The position numbers were made by a program, and so were the translations under genes. Of a stretch of DNA of 64,000 bases, positions 13,916 to 27,186 are shown one piece after another. The notes beneath the pieces are model-generated. The model was not told the DNA's origin. It made no database searches and saw only the letters and a program-made list of their open reading frames with translations. Each line of letters opens with the position of its first letter. Positions within the stretch are counted from its first letter, which is position 1. The stretch is from Anolis carolinensis (Eukaryota): positions 188,248,107 to 188,312,106 of the forward strand of contig NC_085844.1 in the NCBI RefSeq assembly GCF_035594765.1, in the 5' to 3' direction.

Positions 13916-14697
13916 CCTACTAATTTATTTTTGAAATAAATTAACAGCCTTCAGTACTAATGCATAGCGTACTTTTCCAACTCTATTCTATGATTCTATT
14001 ATTCTAACTGAACAAGCTACCGAAGGCTAACTGTAATAGTAAGGCACATTTCTATAATCTTATTTGCTTTAGCCATGGATCTGTATGTATGATCAAAGAA
14101 AATACTTGGCTAAAATCTACTATAAATAAGAAATGCTGCCAGGCTAATTCAGCAATACTTTACTATCACAAGTTGGTATCTTTATCAAGTAACTAGCAAT
14201 CAACCAAGTGAGCAGTATTTGCATACAATGATAGGAAGGGGAACATTTATTGTCTAAGGGCCCTTCCACAGAGAATAACTCAGAATATCAAGACAGAAAA
14301 TCCCACAATATCTGCTTTGAACTGGGTTATCTGAGTCCACGCTGCCATATAATCAGATAATGTGGGATTTTATTCAGCTGTGTGGAAGAGGCCTGGGTGT
14401 AAAGGGACCACAAATTAATCTACTAAAGTAATGATTTGATATAGAAATACAAGAAGAGTTTGGTTCAGAGCAGCTATTAAACACTTTCTGTTCAATCAGC
14501 CCTCATGATCATACAAATGAATGACAAGAAAAACCCAACAATGGGTTTGAATATTTGGTTATCTGAAAAGCTGGATAGCCACTGCCAGTCAGTAGTTTAA
14601 CTTGGTATATATGTATGGTCTGATTCCGAGCTTGGAAAATGTACATTTTTGGACAAAACCCAGAAGCCTTCTGTTGGCATGGCTGTGTTGCTTAGAG

Positions 14698-14805
14698 TAA
14701 TGGTTCTCAACCTGTGGGTCCCCAGATGTTTTGGCTGTCAACTTCCAGAAATCCTAACAGCTGGTAAAACAAAACACCTGGAGACCCACAGGTTGAAAAC
14801 CACTG
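14698..14805. mobile_element. hAT (Charlie-like) MITE, 108 bp
   Basis: TIR tggttctcaacctgtgggtc / gacccacaggttgaaaaccactg; 8-bp TSD GCTTAGAG. Confidence 0.85.
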
Positions 14806-14975
14806 GCTTAGAGGATTCTTGCAACTGACATCCAAAGAAGTAAATTTTCCAAACTCTGTTCTGATAGATAAGGGATAATTTACAGCTTTCAAACCTATGC
14901 TCCCTTCTTCTACATTATGTCCATAAACAAATGTCTTTTAGTTTGCTCATCATGTTTTATTCCTTGTCTACTTAC

Positions 14976-15258
14976 CTCCACCATTTTTTTGACACAAATA
15001 TGGAAACCGCCATACATTCCCCAGTCCCACTGAGTAGCCAATCTGAGCCAAAATGTACTGAAGCTTGTTGTTCCATGCTGGCCTGTCCTCAACAGGCTCC
15101 TCCACATCTGGCTGCTGTTTGCTCCAGTTTTCTCCAGCCACATTTAGGACACTGTGCCTATAGTCCACAGGTTCCTCAAGGGCCAGTAGATCAGCCACTG
15201 ATTCTGTGACAGGTTCATTGCTTTGTTCCCGCTGGGTCACTTTGCTGCTCTTAGGCAT
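14976..15258 (-). CDS. SLC6A17: SLC6A17 first coding exon (sodium-dependent neutral amino acid transporter NTT4/XT1), 283 coding bp; exon probably begins at acceptor 15384
   Basis: [33 protein letters not shown]...[36 protein letters not shown]; the [19 protein letters not shown]-terminus fits SLC6A17 rather than SLC6A15; donor G|gtaag; acceptor ttctgtttgctttcttgttccacag| at 15385. Confidence 0.96.
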
Positions 15259-16031
15259 TGGGACTGTCTAGCTCAACCTCTCCAATTATATGATGAAAGT
15301 GGTAGAAGCAAGATGGAGGCAGTATATTTCAAAACAGGTGCTGGATTTTGAGAATGGACTTCAGAAGTTGGTCATCTGTGAGACCTGTGGAACAAGAAAG
15401 CAAACAGAATAAAAATGTAAAAATACATGAGATTTCTCTACTTTCTTCTCTGCTGAAATACACATGTCCGTGCATTTCACTGTCTACAACAAACACACAT
15501 AATGAAGAATGGTTATTAGTTAAACATTTCAAATCCTTGCAGACCTCAGCATTTACTGGTCAAGTTGACTGAAAGATTCGAGGCTTTGCTAATAAAGTTC
15601 AATCACTTAGAGATTCACTATCCAGTGCCTTTAATCCTCTCCTTTTCTTATTGTTTTGAATCTATGGAAGCTTAGGGATTGGCATTCACTTACTATAATA
15701 ACTTGCTTCACATTTATTGCATGCCAAAAATGTGTCAGAAGCTATTTAGCTTAAAATATGGTGGCATTAAAAAGGCATATGCTTTGGCAGTTTTTCTAAG
15801 GGAACAGCAAATATCAAGCTTATCTCTTCATTGCTGACATTATATAAGTAACTGGGATGGCCAGCAATCTTCTGTTAAATTGTCTGTGACAGTTTTACAA
15901 AAGATAGTATCTGTAGAACATTTGGCATTGCTTGTGAGGCCATCGATTACTATGCCTCTTCTTCATTCATAAACTGCAGTCTCTCAATAGAGGTCCTTAG
16001 CTCATATAGTCTGGCACTATCCCACTAACAT

Positions 16032-16343
16032 GGGAGCCCCCAGTGGTGCAGTGGATTAAACCACTGATCTGCTGAACTTTCTGTCTGAAAGGTCAATGGT
16101 TCGAATCCGAGGAGCGGGGTGAGCTCCTGCTGTTAGCCCCAGCTTCTGGCAAACTAGTTCAAAAACATGCAAATGTGAGTAGATCAATAGGTATCACTCC
16201 AGTGAGAAAGTAAGGAAGCTCCATGCAGTCATGCTAGCCACATGACCTTGGAGGCATCTACGGACACAGAAATACAGATGACCACCAACCCCCACAGTTG
16301 GACACGACTGAACTTGATGTCAGGAGAAATCTTTACTTTACCA
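16032..16343 (+). mobile_element. Sauria SINE, diverged, small internal deletion
   Basis: ggagcccccagtgg head; TSD CACTAACAT (16023-16031, 16344-16352). Confidence 0.85.
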
Positions 16344-16444
16344 CACTAACATCAGTGAAACACCTCCAGTTTACATTGCTTGAACCTGATTTTTCATTTT
16401 GTAAGCTTTCTGTCATACAGTTTCATGATCACAGTCTGAACTAT

Positions 16445-18175
16445 ATACTACTACTACTACTACTACTAATAATAATAATAATAATACTTTAATTTTCTAT
16501 CTTGCCTTCATCTCCTTGGAGGGCCTCAGGGCGGCTAACATGGGGCCAAGCCCCAAAGAACAAAATAAAATGCATGTAAACAACATCTTCAAGCAGATAA
16601 GAACACATTAAAACCATAGTAATGCAATATAATACAACAGAAAACAGTAAAATAATAAAATGATAAAATGCAAAGACCACCATTCAGTAACAAAGTGAAT
16701 AAAAGGGATGGCAGTCTAGACAAAAGTACGAAGATATGTATTGTAATGTCATTTGGGAGCATAAGTGGACAAAGTTCTAAAACATTCTCTGAGAGAGTTG
16801 AGGGGGGGGGGTAGGAAAACAGGTTACTTCCAACAAGGAGCAGAATAAAGTGCAAAATATAGTGATTTCGTTTAAATAGGGTTTTGTTGTGGGAGACTAA
16901 TTATTCAAAGGCGCACTGGAAGAGCCAGGTTTTTAACTCCTTTCTAAACACTGACAGGGTGGGTGCTTGCCTAATCTCCCTGGGAAAGGAATTCCAAAGC
17001 CGGGAGGCCACTACGGAAAAGACCCTCTCCCTCGTCCCAACAAGGACCACTTGTGATGGAGGAGGGGAGAGAGAAGAGCCTCCTTAGAGATCGGAGAGAT
17101 CATGCAGGTTGATGGGGGAAATGTGGTCATGAAGGTAGGCGGGTCCCAAACCGTTCAGGGCTTTTTAGGAGATAACCTGCACCTTGAATTGGGACTGGAA
17201 AATGATTGGCAGCCAATGGAGCTCCCTAAACAGGGGGGTTGACTGCTCCCTTTAATTTGCTCAAGTTAGTAGTCTGTCCGCCAATTGCTAAACCAGTTGT
17301 AGTTTCCGGGCCATCTTCAAGAGCAGCCCCACGTAGAGTGCATTGCAATAGTCCAATCTAGAGGTAACGAGGGCATGGACCAATGTGGCCAAGTCAGACT
17401 TCACAAGGTATGGTTGCAGCTGGTGCACAAGTTTTAATTGTGCAAAGGCCCTCCCGACCACCACCAACAACTGCACATCAAGTGTCAGTGTTGAGTCCAG
17501 GAGGACCCCCAGACTGAGGACCTGTGTCTTCAGGGGGAGTGTAACCCCGTTGAGCACAAGTTGCCACCCTATACCCCGATATGACATACAACTGACCTGG
17601 AGGATCTCTCTCTTGTCAGAATTGAGCTTCAGCTTGTTCACCCTCATCCAGCCCATCACAGCAGCCAGTGGCTGGCCCAATATCCAAGGGGCTTCCTTGG
17701 ATTTAGGTGGAAAAGTGTAGTAGAGTTGAGTGTCATTTGCGTAGAGATGGCACCGAACTCCAAAACTTTGGATGACCTTGCCCATCAGTTTCATGTAGAT
17801 GTTAAAAAGCATGGGGGCCAAAATAGTACCTTGCAGGACCCCACAGGTCAATGGCCAAGGGTCCGAGCAGGTGTCACCCAGCTTCACCGACTGGGAACGG
17901 CCCTCCAGGAAGGATCAGAGCCACTGCAGAGCACTACCACCAAGACCCATCACGGAGAGCCAACCCAGAAGGATACCATGGTCGATGGTATCGAAAGCTG
18001 CTGAAATGTCCAAGAGGACCAGTAGGGACACACTCTCCCTATCCAGCTCTCTGCAGAGGTCATCCACCAAGGTGACCAAAGCCATCTCGGTACTGTGCTC
18101 AGGCCTGAAACCAGACTATTATTGGTCTAGAAAATTGGTTTCTTCCAAGAATCCCTGGAGCTGAGAAGCAACCAC
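16445..18175 (-). mobile_element. L2-clade LINE, 5'-truncated, degenerate reverse transcriptase
   Basis: ORF 17288-17887 has GVLQGTILAPMLFNIYM, HLYANDTQLY (YADD-like), LDYCNALY; 3' stem-loop and (TAG/TTA)n tail near 16445-16540. Confidence 0.9.
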
Positions 18176-19206
18176 TAAGAGTAATTCAGGTTCTTGAATA
18201 TATAAGGCTTGCCCCATAGTGAATAGAAACTCCATGCTTACCAAGATGGAGATATGTAGGAACTGGCCAGAAGACATAGGCAATGATAAAAGGTTATGGC
18301 ATTGATGGTGAATGTGTTGCCCTTCAGACATTGTTGCAATGCAACTCCCATTAACTCTATACAGAATATTCAATGGTGAGATATTATGGGAGTCATAGTC
18401 CAACAACATTTGGAAGGTCACAGTTCCCCATCCCTGAACTGTGCAAAGCATCATGTGTCACCTTGGCCTACATATAACTTGGCACATATTCAGGATCACT
18501 TTACACTCTTGAACCACAGAACAGTGCAGATTCACATTTGCTATAATATTTCTGAATATAGAATCCAGAGAAACCATTGACAGTAACTTAACTGGCATAG
18601 AGTATGGTGTGAATTTGTTTATGCATCATAGGCTTATTTTAAAAAGAGCAGAGTGGGACTGAGTTCACTGAGAGTAGCTGTACTTTACAATTCTCCCTTC
18701 AATTGTGCCATCTAATCAACAGTAGAAGCAAAACTACTCAATGTACAATTACTGTTATTCTGATAATATCAGACATTAAGTAATTGGCAGGGGGTTGGAC
18801 TAGATGGCCCAAGTGGTCTTTCCACGTACATTTTTATGTCTCAGGGCACTCTTAAAGCAAAATATACTAACACATGATCATTAAAGATGAATTTTATAGA
18901 GTTAGAAACTGATGTAAACAAGAAAAATATTCCCCTAGCACATGTCAAACTAACATGGTCCTGGGATTTAAACTTATGTGGTACTAATTCATACAAGACC
19001 TTGGTGTCTTAACTAGGGCAACTATAACTAAATACGACATGAGGTTAATAAACACCTGCTTTTAGTTGCAAAGTGACCTTTACAGTACACTTCTGTGCAA
19101 GTTTACACAGGAGTAACTTGCATGGGTAAGCAAGCAGAAGATCACAGTTTCATTCACAGAAACAGTACCATCACAGGGAGTAGCTTCCCAAAATTTGTAA
19201 CTGCTA

Positions 19207-19517
19207 CACTATGTAACACAATTTTTGTTCCTGAATTATACGTGTCCTTTCCTAATTGGTTCTATAATAAAGACATGGAAAAAAATTATTAAACTGCAAA
19301 AACTTTGTTTTTGTAGGTCATCCTACAGCACATTTTGCTATAGTTTTTCAATGAATATCTTAGAGTCTCAACCAATTCAACATAATGTGTGGCAGCCATG
19401 AAAACAAAGTTTCTGGATTATAACAACTGTTTTTAAAATAAGTACTGCACAGTTAAACAAGAAATAATATTTTCAAACCAAGACCAGATTTTTTGCCCCA
19501 AATTTTGTTACATGGTG
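19207..19517. mobile_element. Tc1/mariner-like MITE
   Basis: TIR cactatgtaaca / tgttacatggtg with TA on the left. Confidence 0.6.
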
Positions 19518-20984
19518 TTATATAAATGCATACTAAAATTATACATAAACTACAAAATTCCATTGCTATAGAAGCCACAGAACAGCAAATGTTTGTTGGT
19601 TTGGCAATTGTGTGGGTGAGAGGACAAGGAATTCTTTTTTCTAACACTATTATTTTACTTCTTCTTGCTTAACATCTATTATGTTAACCTGCCTTGATTT
19701 GGATAAGATGCTTTGGAATTTTAAAAAGATGTTAAAGAAAAGACTATTAGAAGAGTGTTGTTTAACCAGACCAAAGTGTCAACTGCTTCTTTCTCACCCT
19801 AGTCAGTTTACAATGAGGTCCATGATGTAGTTCAGAAACCCTCATGGGTTTTAGCTCATTTGGCCCTACAGGGAGTGAGATTATGCACATAGGATCCGCT
19901 TACAAAGGCAAGAGATGGAAATGCAAGTTTTAAAATGTACAACATTTCTTCTCCTTTGACTGCTGTCCCAAAAGATTTTATTTAAATGTATGAAATCACT
20001 TAATCTCAACATGTATTAGAGTTCCCGCATTCGGCATTTAAAACAACAGTATCACTTGGTCTTTTAGCAAAGCTTACAATAACCATTTTGCTAAGCCTGG
20101 TCAAATATACATCTAAAGACAAATACTATAATCTAGTTCCCATGACACCGATGACACTTCAGTGCTAGAAAATCAGTTTAATAGTATTCTGTGTAAATAG
20201 ATACAGTTTAATCAGACCTGTCTTTTTGATAGGACATTCTGAAGCATTGCCAAGCATGATTATCATCAAAAGTACAGATCCTATGACCATTTCTTGGTCC
20301 AGAAAATGCTCTTGATAGACCAAAATGGGAATCTGCACTTAAGTATGCTGAGAAGTTTTATTAATCTTTATTGAGAGATGTCAAACTGGGCTTCAGAACT
20401 GACTGCATACACCATGGCAGCCTCTCTGCTTTAAACTACACCAACCCTCTCTTGATTTAGCTCACTACTATCTCACCAGAAAGAGTTTCTCTAAAAGCTG
20501 CATGGGGCAAGTTCAAAATCCAGACAGTGTAGAGTAAGCAAATCAAAATATCTAAATAAGAACAGAGCTGAATAAACTTTATCAAAATGCTATAAGCCTC
20601 TTGCTGTGGCAGAACTGTCGAGAAGCCTGTGTACAAATGATCAAATAGCATTGGCCTCAGTAGTTATCCATCCCATGCAGATACAATTGAGCAAGGTTGA
20701 TAAAAAATTTTGATTTTACTACTGGTATAATAGCTTATACTACTGGTACAATAGGTTAGTCCTATTTAAGAAAAATAAGCAGACTGAAATTTTTAGTGGA
20801 TTCAGAAAATAAAGTGAATGTATAATTAATGCTAAATCACATTATTATCCCTATTTTTAATTCTCAATATATTCAAACTTGGTAAGATAAAAAATGCCCC
20901 ACAATTTACACAATAGAAGTGTATTTATCCCAGTGCATGAAACCTAAACTGCAAGTTGTTGCGTGTCTTCAAACACTTTCAGGG

Positions 20985-21345
20985 GGACTATGTGATTCAT
21001 CCAAGCAATCTATATTCCTCAGACCATCTTAAACTCCAAGGTAGCTCATAGGGGGAGATACGTTTGAACAGGTAAACTGGGCCAGAACCATTTAGGGCTT
21101 TATAGGCTAAAGCCAGCACTTTGAATTGTGCTCAGTAGCAGACTGGCAGCCAGTGGAGATGACACAACAAAGAGGTTGTTTGCTGCCTGTACGCCGCTGC
21201 AGTGAGTAATCTGGCTACCGCTTGTTGGACCGTTTGAAGCTTCTGAACAGTCTTCAAAGGCAATCCCTTATAGAGTGCATCTATTTGGGATGTAACCAAA
21301 GCGTGGACTACCATGGCCAAGTCTGACTTCCCAAGTTACGGGAAT
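20985..21345 (-). mobile_element. L2 LINE internal fragment
   Basis: VVHALVTS..GLPLKTVQKLQ..LHWLPV, same region as the 17 kb copy. Confidence 0.8.
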
Positions 21346-22427
21346 GTTGTACCCCATTTATCTGTACCAGCAGTGTCAATAACAATTAGTTGTAGCTTAC
21401 TTTTGTTTGTAATATATATTTATTTATTCTATAGGTAGGAATACTCCTTGCAAAATAGAAACTTAGTCTTTTTGGAATACTGTGAGTTGAGAAAAATACA
21501 TTTGTCTATGTGGAAACACATCCCCATCACTGATATGATAATATAGAAGTGCCGTCCCAAATTAATAGGTTGCATTTTAAGGCAACAGGAGCACAGACAT
21601 TAGGAAGTTGAACTAAGGTTTTATGTATTTAATATTTCCTTTGAAAAAAACTTTTTTTGATCCTGTGATAATCATACCTGACGTGTACAATTTTACAGCT
21701 AAGGGTACTTTCTAAAGGTGACGTTATTCGAGTGACAATTATAAGCTGCAGAGAACAAAATGAATGGCACAGTTTTAAGAAACCAATCTAAACCCCACTG
21801 TAAATTCCATTTAATTTGGGAAACTACTTAATTTGAGTGGATGTCTCATTTTCAGACAGTACCGAAAGAGCAAGCCCAAAGAACTGACAAAGTATCTTAG
21901 CAACCAACAGCTTAAAATAGCATTTCTAATAGAAGCAGGAACTGCACGGGTGAACTGCGAGTTCTCAAAAGGAAGGAAATAATGAGGTGGAAAATCAAAA
22001 CAGTCCAACATATCTTATTGTTAAGCATTTAAATTCCCCTATGAATCCTCGTCAACGCACAGGCAATTCACTAGGTCTTTCAGAAGCTCACAGACAGTTA
22101 ATGTCTCAGCTGGTTTCCACAACCATTACTAGGCAAAACTATGACTCTCAAGTAATACGTATGTACACTCAGACACAGTTTAACTTTATAATAAGCTTCT
22201 AGTAATTCCTGATGTTCATATAAGTAGAGCAATTACAATTCAATCTACAAGAAGTCTATAGAACAGTGTAGTCCAAGTCATCTGGAGAGGAAAGGTTCTC
22301 CACTCTACTACAGAAATACACTAGTTCACAAATGAAGCTGTGTAATACTTTGGATTACTATTGACCAACTAGCATATATACCCAGTGATGCCCAGGTGTG
22401 GGAGGGGCTGCTGCTCCTTCTTTGCTT

Positions 22428-22584
22428 NNNNNNNNNNNNNNNNNNNNNNNNNNNNNNNNNNNNNNNNNNNNNNNNNNNNNNNNNNNNNNNNNNNNNNNNN
22501 NNNNNNNNNNNNNNNNNNNNNNNNNNNNNNNNNNNNNNNNNNNNNNNNNNNNNNNNNNNNNNNNNNNNNNNNNNNNNNNNNNNN
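22428..22584. other. Assembly gap (157 N)
   Basis: Run of N bases. Confidence 1.
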
Positions 22585-22627
22585 CCCTTTCTCCCTTCTC
22601 CAGCTCTGAAAAGGTCTACCTCACAAT

Positions 22628-22844
22628 ATCTCCATGGCAACATGGCCCTCCTGTGGCTTTTCCCTTCCTTCCGCCATACACATGTCGCTTCTCTTTCCCA
22701 GCGATATCACAAAGGGTCACTTCACCTAGCAACAGCCAATCCAGTGACATCACAAACAGCAATTTCACATAGCAACAGCCTTTATTGTACAGATGGACAG
22801 ACAGATGAACAGATAGATACAGCTCTATACTTTCTAGCAACAGC
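22628..22844. promoter_or_regulatory. Cluster of RFX X-box-like motifs with CCAAT and CRE-like site (candidate enhancer/alternative promoter)
   Basis: ATCTCCATGGCAAC (22628), TTCACCTAGCAAC (22721), TTCACATAGCAAC (22764), TTTCTAGCAAC (22831), CCAAT (22736), TGACATCA (22745). Confidence 0.45.
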
Positions 22845-23252
22845 AAGTTGAGATCTTTCTCTTGAATGACAGAATTGGATCTTCTTTTTCTCACCCCATG
22901 TGCAACTTCACAGTAGATGGAAACATTTAATTTTTGTGTGTGAGAGTTACATGAGGTTGTCAAAAGAGAGCTAGATTCACAGTGAAATAATATAGATTTT
23001 ATTAGAATCTACTGACTCGAATCCTGTTGATGTCTTATGTATGTGCAACTTCTGCTACAGAAACAGTTGGATATTTTTGTCCAATGCACTTCATGGACAT
23101 TTAAATCAAGATTGTGGAAATATTGTGGCACAAGTTTGTATTCTTGTCTGATGTGCATCTGTTTATTCCTTACTAAATGATAGTAGTACTCTTCCAGGGT
23201 TCCAATTTGTTGCACATCCATCATGCAATATGGCCATACAACACAGGAATTA

Positions 23253-24024
23253 TGAGGGTTGAATGAAAAGTAATGCCTCCACCTTCGTAACTCCCCAACA
23301 GATGGCAGTACTGGTATGCGGCAGGTACTGGCTTGTTCAGTAGACTCTCCAGTACAGTTCCATTTGGTGGGAAGCCTTAGCATTGAACGGTTGTGTTATT
23401 AAAGTGCAAAGTATGGAACCCTGTGCAGACGGTCAGTCAATGCGATGTAAGCAACGTGTAGTCTTTGAATTCTTGACAGAAGAAGGTGTCACCCCAAAGG
23501 AGATTCATCAGAGAATGCAAGCTGTTTATGGTGATAGTGTGAGTACTGTGTGTTGTTGGGTGAGTAAGATTAAAGATGTTGAAGTGGGAACATCTGACTT
23601 GCGTGACAAACAAAGAGTTGGACGTCCTGTGACAGCAACCACAGTGTTTCACAAGCAAAAGGTTGACAGATTGATTCAGGACGATTGTCATATCACTCAG
23701 AGAGAAATTTCAAGCATAATCGGCATTTCACAAGAACGTGTGGGTCACATTATTGCTTTGCTTGGCTATCGGAAGATCTGTGCACGATGGGTACTGTGAA
23801 AGGCTGGTTGCAGAAACAGAGTATCAACTTCTTCCGTGATGGCTTCAGAAAACTTGTTCATCATTGGCAGAAATGTATCCAATTGGCTGGTGATTATGTG
23901 GAAAAGTGAATAGTGATAGTTAAAGAACACATTCCAAGGATTATTTTGGCATTTGATTTATTAAAATATTCCCATCCAAACCCAAGTAACGAAGGTGGAG
24001 ACATTATTTTTCATTCAATCCTTG
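23253..24024 (+). mobile_element. Internally deleted mariner transposon
   Basis: ~38-bp TIRs (gagggttgaatgaaaagtaatgcctccaccttcg), TA TSD; N-terminal HTH ORF ending KICARWV joined out of frame to C-terminal WQKCIQLAGDYVEK*. Confidence 0.92.
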
Positions 24025-24194
24025 TATGTAGTGCAATCATGATGTAACTCTGCATGCAGAGGATTTACACTATGCAACCCTGATGTAGCTTCTCAGCTGA
24101 AGTCTTGCTACAACAGTGATAGGAATTTCATGGTTTGGCTGATATTGTTGGAATATAGCTCCCAAAATTTTATCCAATACTGTATGGTCAAGAC

Positions 24195-24250
24195 CAGGGG
24201 TCCTCAAACTACGGCCCGTGGGCCCCATTTAAAAAGTTTGGGGACCCCTG
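24195..24250. mobile_element. hAT MITE, 56 bp
   Basis: TIR caggggtcctcaaact / agtttggggacccctg; 8-bp TSD GTCAAGAC (24187-24194, 24251-24258). Confidence 0.88.
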
Positions 24251-24336
24251 GTCAAGACAGAGGAATGGCTGGAAGTTACAGTCCAATAACACATAGAGGA
24301 TACTTGCTGCTACAACAGGCAGCTCCAGCAGGAAGA

Positions 24337-24357
24337 ATCAGCACCAAGGACAGCATT
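24337..24357 (+). promoter_or_regulatory. Candidate RE1/NRSE (REST-binding) element in SLC6A17 intron 1
   Basis: ATCAGCACCAAGGACAGCATT matches the canonical TCAGCACC-NN-GGACAG core exactly. Confidence 0.65.
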
Positions 24358-27186
24358 CCTGCATATTGTAGCCAGATGTACAGGGAGCAATTCTTGGGAC
24401 TGAGCTCTCTTCCTAGAGAAGCATATTGTAATGAAAAAGACGGGAGAAATGGATAGCTTTCTTCTTTTGAAACCATATACGCTTCATGCAGCAGTATGAA
24501 CACAGCTGGCTGTATATCATATGCCTGTCTCTCCATTTCTGTCTCTCTTTTACTATAGCCCTCCTCACCTCTGCTAACTGCATGTCAAAACTGATTTCTT
24601 AAAGTCATCATTGACCCCAATTTTCAAGATATGAAGAGGATCTACAGAGTTAATAAAAATAATCTACATCCCTAAAAAGGACACGTGAAGATTTTACCTT
24701 TCATTATGCATAAAATGCCATAAATCGAACTTCAGATAATGAGTTCAAGTGGAAAAGCCACACAGAAGCTTTTTTAAAAAGTCCATTTTGCCATCACTCA
24801 GTTCCAGTAATACCAACATATTCACAACTATTTTGAATCAGATATTTACTTAAGGTGAAATGTAATGTCATAAAATGTTTTGGTGGTATTGGGCAACACA
24901 CCTTACGGTTAAGAATACCATTTCCAAGGTTCAAAACAGCTGTATTCAGAAAGCCCGACTGAGCTGACTGATCTTCCTCCTGGAGTTTCTGTATAACTCC
25001 CATCAAACTTTGTCATCCTCTTTCACTTATGTTTCTCCCTCCATTGTGCCTATGGGCTTCACACCTACTCTATCTATCCTTCCTGATTCCCCCTACATAA
25101 TTAAATTGACAAGAGTTCCAACAAAATCTTCCCCATATAGAATCTTGGCTAAAGGCCACTCTGTAAATTCATGGCAGAATTGAGATTTCTGTTCATAATA
25201 AAGTTACCTACATCAGAGATGGGATGGGAAAGTCAATAGCTCTTTCTGCCTATTGCTGGTGGTGCCAGATCCAAAACAAAGTAGACCAACTATCTATAGC
25301 ATTTCAGATCTGCAAATCTCTCTTAATTTGTGTTACTCCCAAATCCTTCTTTCTCCCTGCCCCACTAGTTCCACTCCACATGAAATAATTTAAACTAGGC
25401 TCTTAAACAATATACCAGACAGGATAAGTGTATGTTATTCCTTCATGTATCTACAGAAAATACACCCACCTGTTCAAAACCACTCATATACCAAAAGGAG
25501 TGTGTGGGGAGAGGTCACAACAAGGGCAATTCAAGTCAAGATTCATCACAGAATGTGTGCTAGCATGTGCTAAACAAACAGTGGGAATCAAGGTACAGAG
25601 GATTTACAATCAGCTAAAAATGTATCTATGGAGGTAAGGCAAACTTGGTTTCCCAGAATCATTGCAACAAGAGTTCCCTAGCTTCACCCCATGGCCATAC
25701 TAGATGCACTCATGTTTGTTTTCCTTTTTTAACTTGTTGACTTGTGTCTTCAATAGTTTGCATTTCTGAATAGTATTTATGCTCATTGCATAGAGAAAAG
25801 ACCTTTGTATTATTACGAGCCTTCTTGTAAAGTTCAGGTTTCATTATCCCATTTAGAAATGATAGTCTTTCTTGGAAAGCAGAAAGGATCATCCACATTT
25901 TTTCCATTTACCAGATGAAACCCTAGGGGCCCCAGGTAAAATGAGTATTGTGAGGAGCTTCCGTGCAAAGTAAAGCAATAGTAAGAAGATAACTGGCATT
26001 AGCCACAGTGTCTCCAGCTCCCACCTTTCTAAAGGTGATCTGTGATGTGGCTAGCTTTATCTGCATGTTTTTCTCCAAAACCACTGCAAGCCTAGAAGGA
26101 TAGGGATGGAGTTCACCATTTTGCTCCTATTTCGTGGTGTTATAAAAACCATTAATGTAGACAGCAGGGAATAAGAGAACATGATACAGATTATTTTTAT
26201 TTTTCTGCTAGAAATTGACCATAGCTTGTGCTGGAGGACCTAGGGATTCCTAGAGAGGTGCTCTCTCAAGTAAAAAAAAACAACATTTTAATTTAGTTTT
26301 CCAAGTTTTGCAGGAGTCCTGCATAAAACCTCTACGAAAGCAGAGGGCCTGCTTTACTGCATATTTAATCTTTAGCTCTTACTATCAGTAACTAAGCCTG
26401 AGGAAAAGCATGCCAGCAAATCTTTTAGAAAAACTGTGCAAAAGCTGTGAGACTAGTAAATAGGAGTATCTGTCCATTTTAATTCTCACCTTCAGTCTGG
26501 GGGAAAGATGGGGTATAAATAAAGAGATGGTTGGATGGTAACACATGGAAAGAAGTGTGGTCTTCTGGGCAATGTCAAAAGGCCATAATGGGATTCCAAG
26601 GAGTCAGATCTGGCCCCAGGGAGGGAGTTTCCACACTACAGATGGCAGGGATGGTGAATGTGGGCCAGTGTCCAGATAATCCTGAGGTCTGAACTCAAAC
26701 TATGTCTTAATAATAGATTCAATGGCTATTCCTATACTAATATTTCAGTCCCAACTCCATCTGTAAAATAAGGATAGAAATAATCTACTCACAGAGTTGT
26801 TATGAGCATAACATATTTTTGAAGCTTATACACAGTAAAGGTGCAACACATGATGCTGATGTCGATAACCAATTACAGTATCTTTACAGTATTAAGAGCA
26901 TTTAAAATTAATGAGGAATATAACAGCCTAAATAGCAGCCTTGTAAATGAGCAGTGGAGTGGGATGGGAATCAAACCTCCTAGGTATAATACATAGGATG
27001 TCCCAAAACTCTCCATAGGTAAAGGTAGAGGTTTTCTCTGACATGAAGTCTAGTTGTGTCCAACTCTGGGGAAGACACAACTAGACTTACAAAGTCTTCA
27101 TACATAGGAAAATTATTAAACTCATCTTAAGTTGTGTGTGTGTGTGTATACACACAGAGACACACACACACATATATACACCTATA

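Noticed and set aside
22326-22851. ORFs spanning the N gap
   Set aside because: Artefacts of untranslatable N bases.
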